DNA of 64,000 bases. Origin: an uncultured Verrucomicrobiae bacterium (GTDB lineage Bacteria > Verrucomicrobiota > Verrucomicrobiia > Chthoniobacterales > UBA10450). Location of the stretch: positions 320,001-384,000 of the forward strand of contig CAWIBO010000005.1 of assembly GCA_963834385.1 (NCBI GenBank), read 5' to 3'. The notes under the pieces are model-generated. The model was not told the origin of the DNA. It ran no database searches and was given only the letters and a program-made list of their open reading frames with translations. The translations under genes and the position numbers were made by a program. This document shows positions 38,822-50,508 of this stretch, in pieces (within the stretch, counting starts at the first letter, position 1; the number at the start of each line of letters is the position of its first letter).

Positions 38822-40357
38822 ATGAGCACCATACTCGAAGAAATCGAAACCAAGATCGCGGGGCTGAAGACCTCAACCTCCAAAAGTAACGTCGGCATCG
38901 TGCGCGAAGCTGGCGACGGTGTCGCCCGCATTGAAGGCCTGAGCGATGTCATGCTCAATGAAATGATCGAGTTTCCAGGCGGGGTCTTTGGTCTTGCGCT
39001 CAATCTGGAGGAGACGGAAGTGGGTGCAATCCTGCTCGGAGATGCCACCAAAATTTCGGAAGGGGACGAGGCGAAAACGACCGGCAAATTGCTTCAGGTC
39101 CCGGTCGGAAAAGCGCTGCTCGGCCGGGTGGTCAACACCCTGGGCCAGCCGATCGACGGCAAAGGTCCGATCAAAGCGGAGACAAATTATCCGCTGGAGA
39201 AGATCGCGCCGGGCATCATCAAACGTCGCAGCGTCAACCAGCCGGTCCAGACCGGCATCATGGCCATCGACGCCATGATTCCCATTGGCCGGGGCCAGCG
39301 TGAACTCATCATCGGCGATCGGGCCACCGGTAAATCGACCATCGCGATTGACACCATCATCAGCCAGGCCCGTCTCAACCGCGCCGCGGAAGAAGGCCGC
39401 CTGAAGGATCATCGTCCGCTCTATTGCATTTACGTCGCCATCGGCCAGAAGAACTCGAACGTGGCCCGATCGCTGGCGGTCCTGGAGAAGGAAGGGGCGA
39501 TGCCTTACACCACCATCATTTCGGCGCCTGCTTCTGACAGCGCGACGAACCAGTATCTGGCTCCCTTCGCCGGTGCGGCCATGGGTGAGTGGTTCATGGA
39601 TAACAAGATGGACGCCCTCATCATCTATGATGATTTGTCCAAGCACGCCGTGGCTTATCGGCAGGTTTCTCTGGTGCTGAAACGCCCTTCGGGCCGCGAA
39701 GCTTATCCCGGCGACGTTTTCTACCTCCATTCCCGTTTGCTCGAGCGCAGCGCCCGCGTGACGGAAGAATTTGGCGGCGGTTCGTTAACCGCACTGCCTA
39801 TTATCGAAACGCAGGCGGGCGACGTCTCGGCCTACATTCCGACCAACGTTATTTCGATCACGGACGGCCAGATCTATCTGGAGACGGATCTCTTCTATCA
39901 GGGCGTGCGTCCCGCGATTTCAGTCGGTCTTTCGGTCAGCCGCGTTGGTTCCGCGGCGCAAATCAAGGCGATCAAACAGGTGGCCGGCAAAATCAAGCTC
40001 GACCTGGCGCAGTTCCGCGAACTCGCGGCCTTTGCCCAGTTCGGTTCCGATCTTGATGCCGGGACCAAAGCGCGCCTCGATCGCGGTCAACGGATCGTCG
40101 AGCTGTTTAAACAGGTTCAGTACAATCCCATCGCCGTGGAAGAGCAGGTCGCCATTCTCTGGGCGATGCAGAACGGGTTTTTCGATGCCGTGCCCGTGGA
40201 GAAGGTGAAACAGTTCCAGGTCAAGCTGCAGGAATATTTGCAGACGCGAAAAGAGAGTGTCCTGGCGGCGATCCGGGACAAAAAGGCGATCGACAAGGAT
40301 CTGGAGGCGGAACTCTCCTCCGCCCTGAACGATTTCAAGGACACCAGCCCGGTTTAG
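38822..40357 (+). CDS. atpA: F0F1 ATP synthase subunit alpha
   Basis: [48 protein letters not shown]. Confidence 0.98.
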   Translation: MSTILEEIETKIAGLKTSTSKSNVGIVREAGDGVARIEGLSDVMLNEMIEFPGGVFGLALNLEETEVGAILLGDATKISEGDEAKTTGKLLQVPVGKALLGRVVNTLGQPIDGKGPIKAETNYPLEKIAPGIIKRRSVNQPVQTGIMAIDAMIPIGRGQRELIIGDRATGKSTIAIDTIISQARLNRAAEEGRLKDHRPLYCIYVAIGQKNSNVARSLAVLEKEGAMPYTTIISAPASDSATNQYLAPFAGAAMGEWFMDNKMDALIIYDDLSKHAVAYRQVSLVLKRPSGREAYPGDVFYLHSRLLERSARVTEEFGGGSLTALPIIETQAGDVSAYIPTNVISITDGQIYLETDLFYQGVRPAISVGLSVSRVGSAAQIKAIKQVAGKIKLDLAQFRELAAFAQFGSDLDAGTKARLDRGQRIVELFKQVQYNPIAVEEQVAILWAMQNGFFDAVPVEKVKQFQVKLQEYLQTRKESVLAAIRDKKAIDKDLEAELSSALNDFKDTSPV

Positions 40358-40360
40358 GCC

Positions 40361-41239
40361 ATGGCGAGCACCCAGGATATCAGGCGCCGGATCAAATCGA
40401 TCCGGAACACGGCCCAGATCACCAAAGCCATGCAGATGGTGGCGGCTTCGAAAATGCGGAAGGCGCAGCAGCATGCTTTGGCGGGCCGCCCTTATGCCGG
40501 CCTGATGAATCGTGTTCTTGTCTCTCTCCAACAACGCACGGACGCAAAATTGCATCCGCTTTTGCAGGTGCGTGAGGTGAAGAAGGAACTTGTCCTGATC
40601 ATCAGTACCGACAAGGGCCTGGCGGGCGCGCTTAATACCAATCTCCTGCGCGAAACCAGCAATTTCGAGACGGAGAAGACCGACTACGTGGCCTCCGGGA
40701 ACAAGGCCAAGCAGTATGTCACGCGGACGCGGCGAAATCTCGTGGCCGACTTTCAATTAAAAGACGCTCCGACCTTTGCCGAGACCAAGACGATCTCGAA
40801 TTTCCTGATCGAGAAGTTTCTGAGCGGCGAAGTGGACAAGGTCTCAGTCCTCTACACCCATTTCGTGAACACGATCAGCCAGAAGCCGATCAACGCCACC
40901 CTCCTGCCCATCACCAACTTCGAGGCCGTCCAGACGGAGGCCGAAAAAGAGGCAGGGAGCAAGGGCGCCGACCCGTTCAACGGCTACCTCTTCGAGCCGA
41001 GCCCGGAAGGGGTGCTCGACATTATGCTTCCTTACTACATCCAGTTTCAGGTTTTTGCCATGATCCTGGATGCGCGGGCCTCGGAACACAGCGCGCGCAT
41101 GGTCGCGATGAAAAACGCGACGGATAACGCCAAGCAATTCATCAAAGACCTGACGCTCGAATACAACAAAGTGCGTCAGGCCGCCATCACCACGGAGCTG
41201 CTCGAGATTTCGACCGCCCAGATGGCCGTCTCAGGATAG
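40361..41239 (+). CDS. atpG: F0F1 ATP synthase subunit gamma
   Basis: I.RRIKS..NT.QITKAM.MVAASK, SEHSARMVAM.NATDNA, RQA.IT.EL.EI. Confidence 0.98.
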   Translation: MASTQDIRRRIKSIRNTAQITKAMQMVAASKMRKAQQHALAGRPYAGLMNRVLVSLQQRTDAKLHPLLQVREVKKELVLIISTDKGLAGALNTNLLRETSNFETEKTDYVASGNKAKQYVTRTRRNLVADFQLKDAPTFAETKTISNFLIEKFLSGEVDKVSVLYTHFVNTISQKPINATLLPITNFEAVQTEAEKEAGSKGADPFNGYLFEPSPEGVLDIMLPYYIQFQVFAMILDARASEHSARMVAMKNATDNAKQFIKDLTLEYNKVRQAAITTELLEISTAQMAVSG

Positions 41240-42667
<1,428 letters not shown>

Positions 42668-42700
42668 GGATCCTTTCCTCCTAACTCTCAACTTCCCCAG

Positions 42701-43111
42701 ATGGCTGAAACCTTAAGACTCGAGATCGTGACTCCCGACGCGAAGGCGTACTCGGAGGACGTGAACATGGTCGTGATTCCGGGCACGGAGGGTGAGCTTG
42801 GAATTTACCCTCGGCACGTCCCCCTGCTCACCACTCTGAAACCGGGTGAATTGCGCGTGCTCAAGGATGGCCGGGAATCATTTCTGGCCGTCGGCGAAGG
42901 CTTCGTGGAAGTGACCGGCGATAGTGTCTCCGTCCTGACGGATGTTGCTCTGGAGGCGTCGAATATCGATGTGGAGGCCGCGGAAGCCGCGATCGAACGG
43001 GCGAAGAAGGCCATGAAGGAGGATCTCGGTTCCGAAGAGATCGCGGCGGTGCAGGCATCGATGCAAAAGGCGCTGGCGCAATTGCACGTGAAACGTCGGC
43101 GCCGCTCCTAG
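42701..43111 (+). CDS. atpC: F0F1 ATP synthase subunit epsilon
   Basis: L.LEIVTP, PG.EGELGI.P.H.PL.T.L.PG, GFVEV. Confidence 0.96.
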   Translation: MAETLRLEIVTPDAKAYSEDVNMVVIPGTEGELGIYPRHVPLLTTLKPGELRVLKDGRESFLAVGEGFVEVTGDSVSVLTDVALEASNIDVEAAEAAIERAKKAMKEDLGSEEIAAVQASMQKALAQLHVKRRRRS

Positions 43112-43217
43112 CGCGGGGCGTGGTTGAGTTCTGATTCAGGGGCACGTCCCCAGACGTTGGACTGTGCCCTCACAAACGCCTTTGCCCCGGCGCGAATTCC
43201 TGACCTAATCATCGGCC

Positions 43218-44036
43218 ATGGAAGGGAAGCCGCCTGCCGTCCTCGGTTTGATCGCCGGGAACGGTGTTTATCCGCTCGAATGGGCTGACGCGGCGCGGGC
43301 TGCCGGCGTGGGCCGGATTGTGACCGTTGCTTTCACCGGCGAAACGCGGCCGGAGATCGCGCAGAAGACCGACGAAGTGCACTGGCTCCGGGTGGGCCAG
43401 CTCGGCCGGATGATCTCCTTCCTGGCCGAGGCCGGGGCGAAACAGGCGATCATGGCGGGCCAGATCGCGCCGCGAAACCTGTTTGATCTCCGGCCTGACT
43501 GGAAAGCGCTGCTGCTTTTGGCCCGGCTGAAACAGCGGAACGCCGAATCGATTTTCGCCGCCATCGGCGACGAACTGGCCCGGAACGATATTCAACTTTT
43601 GCCCGCGACCACGTTCCTCGAGGGAGCGCTGGCCCCGGAGGGACTGATCGTGGGCCGGCGCCTTTCGCGCCGTGAGGAAGAGGATGTGGCCTACGGCTGG
43701 CAGATCGCGAAGGAAATCAGCCGGCTCGATATCGGACAGACCGTGGTGGTGCGTAACGGCACCGTGCTCGCGGTTGAGGCTTTTGAGGGCACCAACGAAG
43801 CCCTGACCCGTGGCGGAACGCTCGGGCGCAAAGGAGCCGTGGCCGTGAAAGTATCAAAACCGAACCAGGACATGCGCTTCGACGTCCCGGTCATCGGCCC
43901 GGAAACCATCGAGATCGCAGCGGCCGCGTCCCTCCGGGTCATCGCCGTCGAAGCCGGCCGCACCCTGCTCCTGGAACGCGAGAAACTCCAGGCCGCCGCC
44001 ACCACCGCCGGCATCACGCTGGTGGGAAAACGCTGA
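43218..44036 (+). CDS. lpxI: UDP-2,3-diacylglucosamine diphosphatase LpxI (DUF1009)
   Basis: LGLIAGNG.YP, DIGQTVVV, AVEAFEGT, K.SKP.QDMRFDVPVIG..T. Confidence 0.92.
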   Translation: MEGKPPAVLGLIAGNGVYPLEWADAARAAGVGRIVTVAFTGETRPEIAQKTDEVHWLRVGQLGRMISFLAEAGAKQAIMAGQIAPRNLFDLRPDWKALLLLARLKQRNAESIFAAIGDELARNDIQLLPATTFLEGALAPEGLIVGRRLSRREEEDVAYGWQIAKEISRLDIGQTVVVRNGTVLAVEAFEGTNEALTRGGTLGRKGAVAVKVSKPNQDMRFDVPVIGPETIEIAAAASLRVIAVEAGRTLLLEREKLQAAATTAGITLVGKR

Positions 44037-44436
44037 AAACTGAAAAGCTGAAACGCTGAAATCCGGAAAGGATCAATTTGGAAACCAGGAATCCAGGAAA
44101 GGAGAGAGGATTGAATCAGGAAAATAGGAACGCAGGAAAAAGCGGAAATCAGGAAAGGATGAATTTGGAAGCCAGGAAACCGGGAATGAGGAGAGAAGGC
44201 TGAAGAACTGAAGATGAATCAGGAAAGCAGGAACACAGGAAGAAGAGGGTAAGATGGAGAACGTGAACCCCGAGCCCTGGCGTCCAAAACAGAATCAGAA
44301 ATCCCACCCTCCCTTCCTGCTTTCCTGAGTTCCTAATTCATTCCTTCTTCTTGGCTTCCTGGTTTCCAAATTAAAAGTCTCTTTCCTGCTTTCCTAAGTT
44401 CCTAATTCATTCCTCTGGTTTCCTGGTTTCCAAATT
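44029..44436. repeat. Composite intergenic element: 8-mer tandem run, then nested inverted array A-B-A-B / B'-A'-B'-A' of 9-mer-based units
   Basis: A=AATTTGGAARCCAGGAA.CC.GGAA (44075, 44162); B=TGAATCAGGAAA..AGGAAC.CAGGAA (44112, 44215); reverse complements at ~44314, 44348, 44382, 44416. Confidence 0.9.
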
Positions 44437-44483
44437 CAAAAATGCTTGCACCGGTGCCGTATCGCGGCCAGCAATGAACGCGC

Positions 44484-45779
44484 ATGAGCAACGCCGATAG
44501 CATTCATTCCAAGCGTTCCACCCGGATCCTGTTTGGGCTCATCATCGGCGCGGTCCTTGGGGGCGTCGCCCAGGCCTGGTTCGGCGGGCCCGGGCTCGAC
44601 GCGGCCGTGGCCAACGTCATCCGGCCGATCGGCAGCATTTTCCTCCGGATCATCTTCATGATCGTGGTTCCGCTGATCATCTCCGCGATCGTGCTCGGGA
44701 TTGTCGGCCTCGGCGATATTCGCCGGCTGGGCCGCGTCGGTTACCGCTGTTTCCTGCTCACCCTTTTGCTCTCGGGGATCAGCGTCATCCTTGGCCTTAC
44801 CCTGGTGAACATGGTGCAGCCCGGACGGTTTCTTGACGCCGATGTGCGCGACCGTCTCCAGACCACTTATTCCACGGATGCGGGGGACAAAATCACCCAG
44901 GCCCAGCAGGCCAAGCCGCTCTCGCAGACTCTGGTCGAACTGATCCCGCAGAATCCGCTCGAGGAAGCGGTCAATTCCTTCAACCCGGCCATCGCCAAGG
45001 GCGGCATTCTTTCCGTCATGGTCTTCAGCGTCTTTGTCGGCGTGGCCATGACCATTCTCGACAAGAAAACCGTGCAACCGCTCACCTCATTTTTCGAGGC
45101 GGTTTTTGCCGTCACCCTCAAGATTATCGATTTTGCCATGGCGATCGCGCCGATCGGTGTGGCCTGCCTCAGTTTTGCGCTCATGGCGACGACGGGCTGG
45201 GATCTGCTCCGGTCGCTGGCGGTTTACATCGTGGTCGTCCTCGGCGGCATGATCCTGCACCAGTTCGGGGTTTACTCGATTGTCCTGCGCACGCTCGGCG
45301 GCAAATCGCCGCTCGCGTTCTTCCGGGAGGTAAAGGAAGCGATGGTGACCGCGTTCAGCACTTCCTCGAGCAACGCCACTTTGCCGGTCTCGCTGCGGGT
45401 GGCCGAGGACGAACTGAAATTGCCGCCGCAGATATCGCGGTTTGTCCTGACCGTGGGCGCGACCGCGAACCAGAACGGGACCGCGCTTTACGAAGGCGTC
45501 ACCGTGCTTTTTCTGGCGCAGGTGTTTGGGGTCGACCTCACCCTCACGCAACAGATCGTGGTCGCGCTGATGTGCGTGCTGGCCGGGTTCGGCACCGCCG
45601 GGGTGCCGGGCGGTTCGCTCCCGCTGGTGGTGGGTGTCCTGATTTCGATCAATGTTCCGGCCCAGGCCATTGCCATTATTCTGGGGATCGACCGGATTCT
45701 CGACATGTGCCGGAGCGCGCTCAACGTTACCGGCGACCTCGTCATCGCCACGGTCGTGTCGAAGACGAAGATTGAATAG
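44484..45779 (+). CDS. Dicarboxylate/amino acid:cation symporter (GltP/DAACS family)
   Basis: FLR.I.M.VVPL, AFSTSSSNATLP, GATANQNGTALY, GTAGVPGG, GIDRILDMCR..LNVTGD. Confidence 0.93.
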   Translation: MSNADSIHSKRSTRILFGLIIGAVLGGVAQAWFGGPGLDAAVANVIRPIGSIFLRIIFMIVVPLIISAIVLGIVGLGDIRRLGRVGYRCFLLTLLLSGISVILGLTLVNMVQPGRFLDADVRDRLQTTYSTDAGDKITQAQQAKPLSQTLVELIPQNPLEEAVNSFNPAIAKGGILSVMVFSVFVGVAMTILDKKTVQPLTSFFEAVFAVTLKIIDFAMAIAPIGVACLSFALMATTGWDLLRSLAVYIVVVLGGMILHQFGVYSIVLRTLGGKSPLAFFREVKEAMVTAFSTSSSNATLPVSLRVAEDELKLPPQISRFVLTVGATANQNGTALYEGVTVLFLAQVFGVDLTLTQQIVVALMCVLAGFGTAGVPGGSLPLVVGVLISINVPAQAIAIILGIDRILDMCRSALNVTGDLVIATVVSKTKIE

Positions 45780-45867
45780 GACAGGCAGCGGGCGAGCAGC
45801 GAAGGCAACGGAGCTGTCCGCTTCAGGAAGGCCCCCGCGTGGCGGATCAGCGTTCCAAATGAAGCCG

Positions 45868-45940
45868 TGGAGCCTAGGGGATTCGAACCCCTGACCTCCT
45901 CAATGCCATTGAGGCGCTCTACCAACTGAGCTAAGACCCC
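45868..45940 (-). tRNA. tRNA-Ala (GGC), CCA not encoded
   Basis: GGGGTCTTAGCTCAGTTGGTAGAGCG-CCTCA-ATGGCAT-TGAGG-AGGTC-AGGGGTTCGAATCCCCT-AGGCTCCA cloverleaf with G3:U70. Confidence 0.97.
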
Positions 45941-46146
45941 GGGTCAGCCGGGGGGAAGCCGAAGGCGTCCCCCGCGTGAAGTGTGAATGGTAGATGGGGA
46001 ATCGGGAAAATCAACCCGTTGGATGCCGCCCGTGCGCACCCTGCCGACGACTCGCTGGGCCGAAGGTTGATGCAGATCAGAAAAACCGATCCAACCCACC
46101 CATTACAAGTGGTGCAGACAGGTTTAAGAGCAGAATCGTCTTCAAC

Positions 46147-46354
46147 AAATCCTGCAAAATCCTGTTCATCCTGTCCTCTTGTGAACGGCGGCAGGGCGAT
46201 GATGGACAGGATTTACATGATTTACAGGATGAACGGAGAGACCGTAGCTCCCAACGCCTTTTGATCCGTTATCCTGTCTTTAAAAAGCGCCGGCCGAGAT
46301 GGCTGGCTCGGTCGGCTCGCTCCGTGATGTCGGGGCGATGGTCTCCGCCTGCGG
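46147..46354. repeat. ~210-bp imperfect direct repeat, copy 1 (9-mer inverted array plus orphan 3' end of the HNH-like gene)
   Basis: Aligns with 49598..49806; minus strand of 46280..46354 encodes PQAETIAPTSRSEPTEPAISAGAF*. Confidence 0.9.
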
Positions 46355-46416
46355 GATGGGGCTAGCCCTGTTAAAGAGGCATCCGGGAGAATTTCGACCG
46401 GCGATTGGATCGTGGC

Positions 46417-46623
46417 ATGGTCTTGCGCACCCTGTTTATTCTGCTTTGCCTGATCGCGGCCGGTTCGGCGCGCGCCTGTACCGTCTGTGATTCCGAGAGA
46501 GGCGTGGCGGTCCGGTCCGGAATTTTCAACGAGTCTTTCTTTTCCACCCTGCTCGAGGTAGCTGCGCCCTTCCCGGTCCTGGGCCTCGCGCTGTACTGCA
46601 TCAACCGCTGGCTGCCCGATTAG
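46417..46623 (+). CDS. Small exported/membrane protein with CxxC after the signal peptide
   Basis: Signal ending ARA-CTVCDS.RG..VRSGIF...PFPVL; directly upstream of a DUF2243-like gene. Confidence 0.7.
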   Translation: MVLRTLFILLCLIAAGSARACTVCDSERGVAVRSGIFNESFFSTLLEVAAPFPVLGLALYCINRWLPD

Positions 46624-46627
46624 CCCT

Positions 46628-46828
46628 ATGAACACCGCAACCGTCACCAAACCGCTCACTCGCGCCGGTATCTTTCTCGGAATCGGGCTGGGAGGATTCA
46701 TCGATGGCATCCTTTTTCACCAGATCCTTCAGCTCCACAACATGCTGACCGCGCGCATCCCGAAGGACACCATCCCGAATATCGAGATCAACATGGTCTG
46801 GGGAGCAGGATGGGCTGAAGGACCGTAG
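46628..46828 (+). pseudogene. DUF2243-like membrane protein, 3'-truncated
   Basis: GIFLGIGLGGFIDGILFHQILQLHNM...NMVW matches the DUF2243 N-half; similarity stops where DG(L)FH is expected (~46801). Confidence 0.7.
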
Positions 46829-46847
46829 AACCCGATTGGAGGGGGGA

Positions 46848-49460
46848 CTAGGGCTGATGATAGGCCTCTATCAAGCCGACCCCGGTGCCGGGACCAGCGC
46901 TCTCGAGAATCACGGTATAGCCGCCAGGGGCGAACGAAGAGATCAGGGCGGCCTCCCGGTCGTCGTTCGGCGCGAGCCCGGCCTCAATCAATTCAGCCTC
47001 CTGGTGCTCACGCCAGTTATCGTTGGTGACCATGGTCTGCCCGTTTTGATTAACGACACGGATCTTCGGATTTGGCAGCGCGTTTTGAACGCCTGCCGAG
47101 GCGAGAGTCGGCCCAGGCCGCGGATGACAATGCTCGTTGCCATGCCCGGCGAACCGTAGGCGGCAATGAAGCCCCCGATCATCACATTATCATTCGTGCC
47201 GACGAAACCGCGGGTGCTGATGTTCGCGAGAATGGATTCGGAAATCGAATCCCCATTGTAAACCTCCACCATTCCCACGCCTGTGCCGTTCTTCCCCCGC
47301 ACAATGGCCGTGTAAGCGCCGGGCCACAGATCGACCCCGATGGCCGCTTCCCGGTCGACGACAGGCGCCAAGCCTCGCTTCGAGACCTCAACTGACGGGT
47401 TATCCTTCCAATCGTCCATGGTGACGAACAAATGGCCCGTCCCTGTGTAAAGCTCCAGAACCGGATCCTGCAACACTCCGGCGACGCCGTAACGGCTCAA
47501 GGACGGACCAAGCGCACGAACGACCACGAATTTAGGACTCGCCCCGTTGACGATGAAACCCGCGATCCCCACATTGTCTCCGGTCTGGACGGAAAGCCGC
47601 GTGCTGATATTTGCCAGTTTTGGGGCCACCGGCGTCATCGGTGTCAGATGAACATAGGTGCCCGCCTCGGGGACATGAGTGAATGTTTCTGAACCAAGAT
47701 AGCCCAAGGCGATGCCGTCAAACTCGTGGCCGACGACCAGGCGCCCACTCGAATCGATGTCGATGTCCAGCAAGTAAAGGTGGCCCACTCCTGCACTCCA
47801 TTGCAGGCTGCCATCGGGGGCCAAACGATGTATGGCTCCGCCCCGTCCGCAGACGAAAACCGAACCGTCCGCATCGACCGCAAGCGCGGTGATCGGATTG
47901 TGGATCGCCACATATGGGTCAATTTCAAAGGTTCGGACGAAATCGAGGGTATTCGGATCGTAGACGTCGACCAGAACCGCCCGGCTCTGACGTGGAGCAT
48001 AGTAATAAAGCGCGTAAACCATCCCATCGAGACCGCAGGTGACATCGATGTAGTCGCGGCCTTGCGCGAAGCGGACGGAACTGTTGTTGGCCGGATCGAA
48101 CCGGATCAGTCCGGCGGTATGATCGGGCATTTGCCCCCCGGGCGAGGCAACATCCGTGGCGAAAAGGAAAGGGCCGTTAGAATCGAAGCCGGTCGCTCCT
48201 TCGTTCGTCCACCCTGGCTCGAGTCGATGTTCAACCTGACTTGAACTGATCAACGTCAAATGGGCGTCGGGACGGCCATTTGCGACAGCGAACCTTGAGT
48301 CCGGCGCAACAGCCACCCCGCGCAGCGGATCATAGGAAGTCGGCGACCCGAGCGCCGGCACCTGGATTCCGGCGACCGGCCAGAGTTGAGGGGTGAACTT
48401 CCGAATTGTCCGATTCGAAGTTGTTACGATGTCACTCAGGGGTGCCGGAGTGGCCGTGGGGGCAGGCGTGGCGGGCGGTTCAGGCAATGGGGGGTTCGGT
48501 TGTGGGAACTGCCGGGCGAACGTCACGAAGCTGAAGTCTGAGTTGACCACAAATGAAGCAAAGCTGGTCAGCGCTGTGGTTGTGATAAGAACGCGACCCA
48601 GCCGCTCGGCTATGATGACCGTGCCAGCGGGATTGACTTCAATATCGTGTATGTTGTCGAAACCTGTGGACGCTTCCTTTTCCACGGTGCCCGAGGCATT
48701 CAGCCGAAAAACACGGCCGTTCGTCCAGCCGGCAAGAAACATCCGTCCGGCCCCATCCACCGCGATGCCGCGTATATCGGCGGCCACCAGTTCTGATGAA
48801 AGGGTGATACGGTTGAGCAAGAGACCCGAGAGCGGATCGAATGATTCGATGTGGGTCGCCGCGCCGTAAACGCCCCCACTCTGCGAGTAGAGGACGTAAA
48901 GTGTTCCGTCCAGGCCGATATTCAGATCAAGGACATCCCGGCCCTCGCCGATACGAATCCATTCATCCGTAAAAATGTCGTAGCGAATGACACCATTCCA
49001 CCCCAAGCCATCGAGCCAAAAATCAGCGAGAAAAAGATAATTACGAAAAGCGGCGATGGCTCCATGGGTCCCGTTAAAGCCGGTATTCCAAAGCGGAAAA
49101 GTCCGATCAGAGAATTTGCCGCTGGAAGCCTGATAACGTGTCAGAAAGGGAGTCAGCGTTCCGTTATATCCGGCAATGGCGCCGGTCCCATCAATCACGA
49201 TGTCTCGGAGAAATTCTGTCGAAGCGAAATAAGGACGGGTGCTTCCGGCGAAGGAAATTGTCTGCACCAACTGGCCTCCGGTGGTGTACCTCCAGGACCT
49301 GGCTCGCGCTCCCAAAGGTAGCGGAAACCAGGATGTTATTCGGGTTAAGCGGCGCGGCCGACGTCGTCGCCACCAACATCAGCGGCAAAGCCTTGGCGAT
49401 GAAGCGGCCAAGAAATGCCCTTCCGGCGAATCCAAACGGAACATTGAACGGTGGAAACAA
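46848..49460 (-). CDS. Large secreted protein: two NHL-like beta-propellers, P/T linker, tandem C-terminal 'LANISTR' domains; two single-base frameshifts (~49289, ~47110)
   Basis: Three track ORFs join: VLE(g)YTTGG after removing one G; RGLG^PTLASAGVQNALPNP...NDNW after adding one C. RGIAVD.AG blades; LANISTR at ~47617 and ~47231. Confidence 0.8.
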
Positions 49461-49597
49461 CCGCGGCAGGGTCGCATATCTCTACACCCGCGCCAAGACC
49501 ATTGGTGCAAATCCGGAGCCTGGAGGATGACCGAGGGCGTTGAAGCCCTCGTCATGTCGTGCCGCATCTTCACGAGGAGCCTTAATCAGTCCTCTCG

Positions 49598-49806
49598 AAA
49601 TCCTGCAAAATCCTGTTCATCCTGTCCTTTTTTAAACGGCGGCAGGGCGATGATGGACAGGATGGACAGGATGGACAGGATGGGCGTAGGAACCACGCAG
49701 CCCAGCGTCTTCGGCGCCCGATTGCCTGTCTTCAGAAAGCGCCGGCTGAGATCGCAGGCTCGGGCTGCTCGATCCGTGATGCGGGAGTGATGGTCTCCGC
49801 CTGCGG
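49598..49806. repeat. ~210-bp imperfect direct repeat, copy 2
   Basis: AAATCCTGCAAAATCCTGTTCATCCTGTCC...GGCGGCAGGGCGATGATGGACAGGAT...TGGTCTCCGCCTGCGG shared with 46147..46354. Confidence 0.9.
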
Positions 49807-50361
49807 CACGGGTTCCATCAGGCCGGCCCGGCGGAACCGGGCCAGCTCGAATTCCTGGCGCTGGCCGAACGACGCGCCTTTGGTCCGGTTGAGACGGCCC
49901 GGCATCAGTTCCAGGTTGGCGAGGACGTTGTCGAGCTCGGGCACGAGGGAACGCGGCACAATATGGTCAACCGTGAGCAGGTCCCCGGCGTAAGGTCCGT
50001 TTCTGACGGTGGGACATTGTCCGCGCCGCATCTTCGCCATGCCTTCGTCGTCGAGGCAGCCGAGCTTGGTCGCGATATCGAGATTGCGCAGCATGGCGGC
50101 CGCGGTCAGCCGCCCGCGTTCGTCTTCCCAGGCCAGTTGCCGAAAGGCTTCGGCCATGACGTCACCGGGTGTCTGTCCCTCACGCCGGGCTGTTTCCAGC
50201 CAATATACGATTTTCTGCACCCGCGGATTGGCGCCCCGTTCGCCCAGGGTGGCGAGCCGGACCGGGTCGGCCAGGGCGGCAATGTTCCGGGAATAATCGG
50301 GGGCCGCCTGCGCGGTGGCGACGAGGCAAAGACAAAGAAAGAGGGGAAACCGCAGAAACAT
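49732..50361 (-). CDS. Secreted protein with HNH-like (beta-beta-alpha-Me) nuclease motif
   Basis: Signal peptide ending AQA; TVDHIVP....LDN.LANLELMP..LN..KG; GGGGAG RBS. Confidence 0.7.
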   Translation of the reverse strand: MFLRFPLFLCLCLVATAQAAPDYSRNIAALADPVRLATLGERGANPRVQKIVYWLETARREGQTPGDVMAEAFRQLAWEDERGRLTAAAMLRNLDIATKLGCLDDEGMAKMRRGQCPTVRNGPYAGDLLTVDHIVPRSLVPELDNVLANLELMPGRLNRTKGASFGQRQEFELARFRRAGLMEPVPQAETITPASRIEQPEPAISAGAF

Positions 50362-50426
50362 GGTGCTCCCCTGAAGCAAGGGGCGCACCCGATACGATGG
50401 CGTTGGGCCCTCCGCAACGCATTTTT

Positions 50427-50452
50427 ACGGTATGTTCATATGCACATACCGT
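50427..50452. promoter_or_regulatory. 26-bp near-perfect palindrome with LexA-like core TGTTC-N4-GCACA
   Basis: ACGGTATGTTCATATGCACATACCGT, ~66 bp upstream of the HNH-like gene start. Confidence 0.55.
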
Positions 50453-50508
50453 TGGGCGGTCGCTATTTAGGCTGTTTTGGACCCCGGTTTGGGGTCGTCG
50501 GAAGCGGC

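Noticed and set aside
44029..44436. Possible CRISPR array
   Set aside because: Units are degenerate, alternate between two types and are inverted; there are no unique constant-length spacers and no cas genes
45868..49806. tRNA-anchored integrative island
   Set aside because: The atypical region lies on the tRNA's 5' side; I saw no duplicated tRNA 3' end and no integrase
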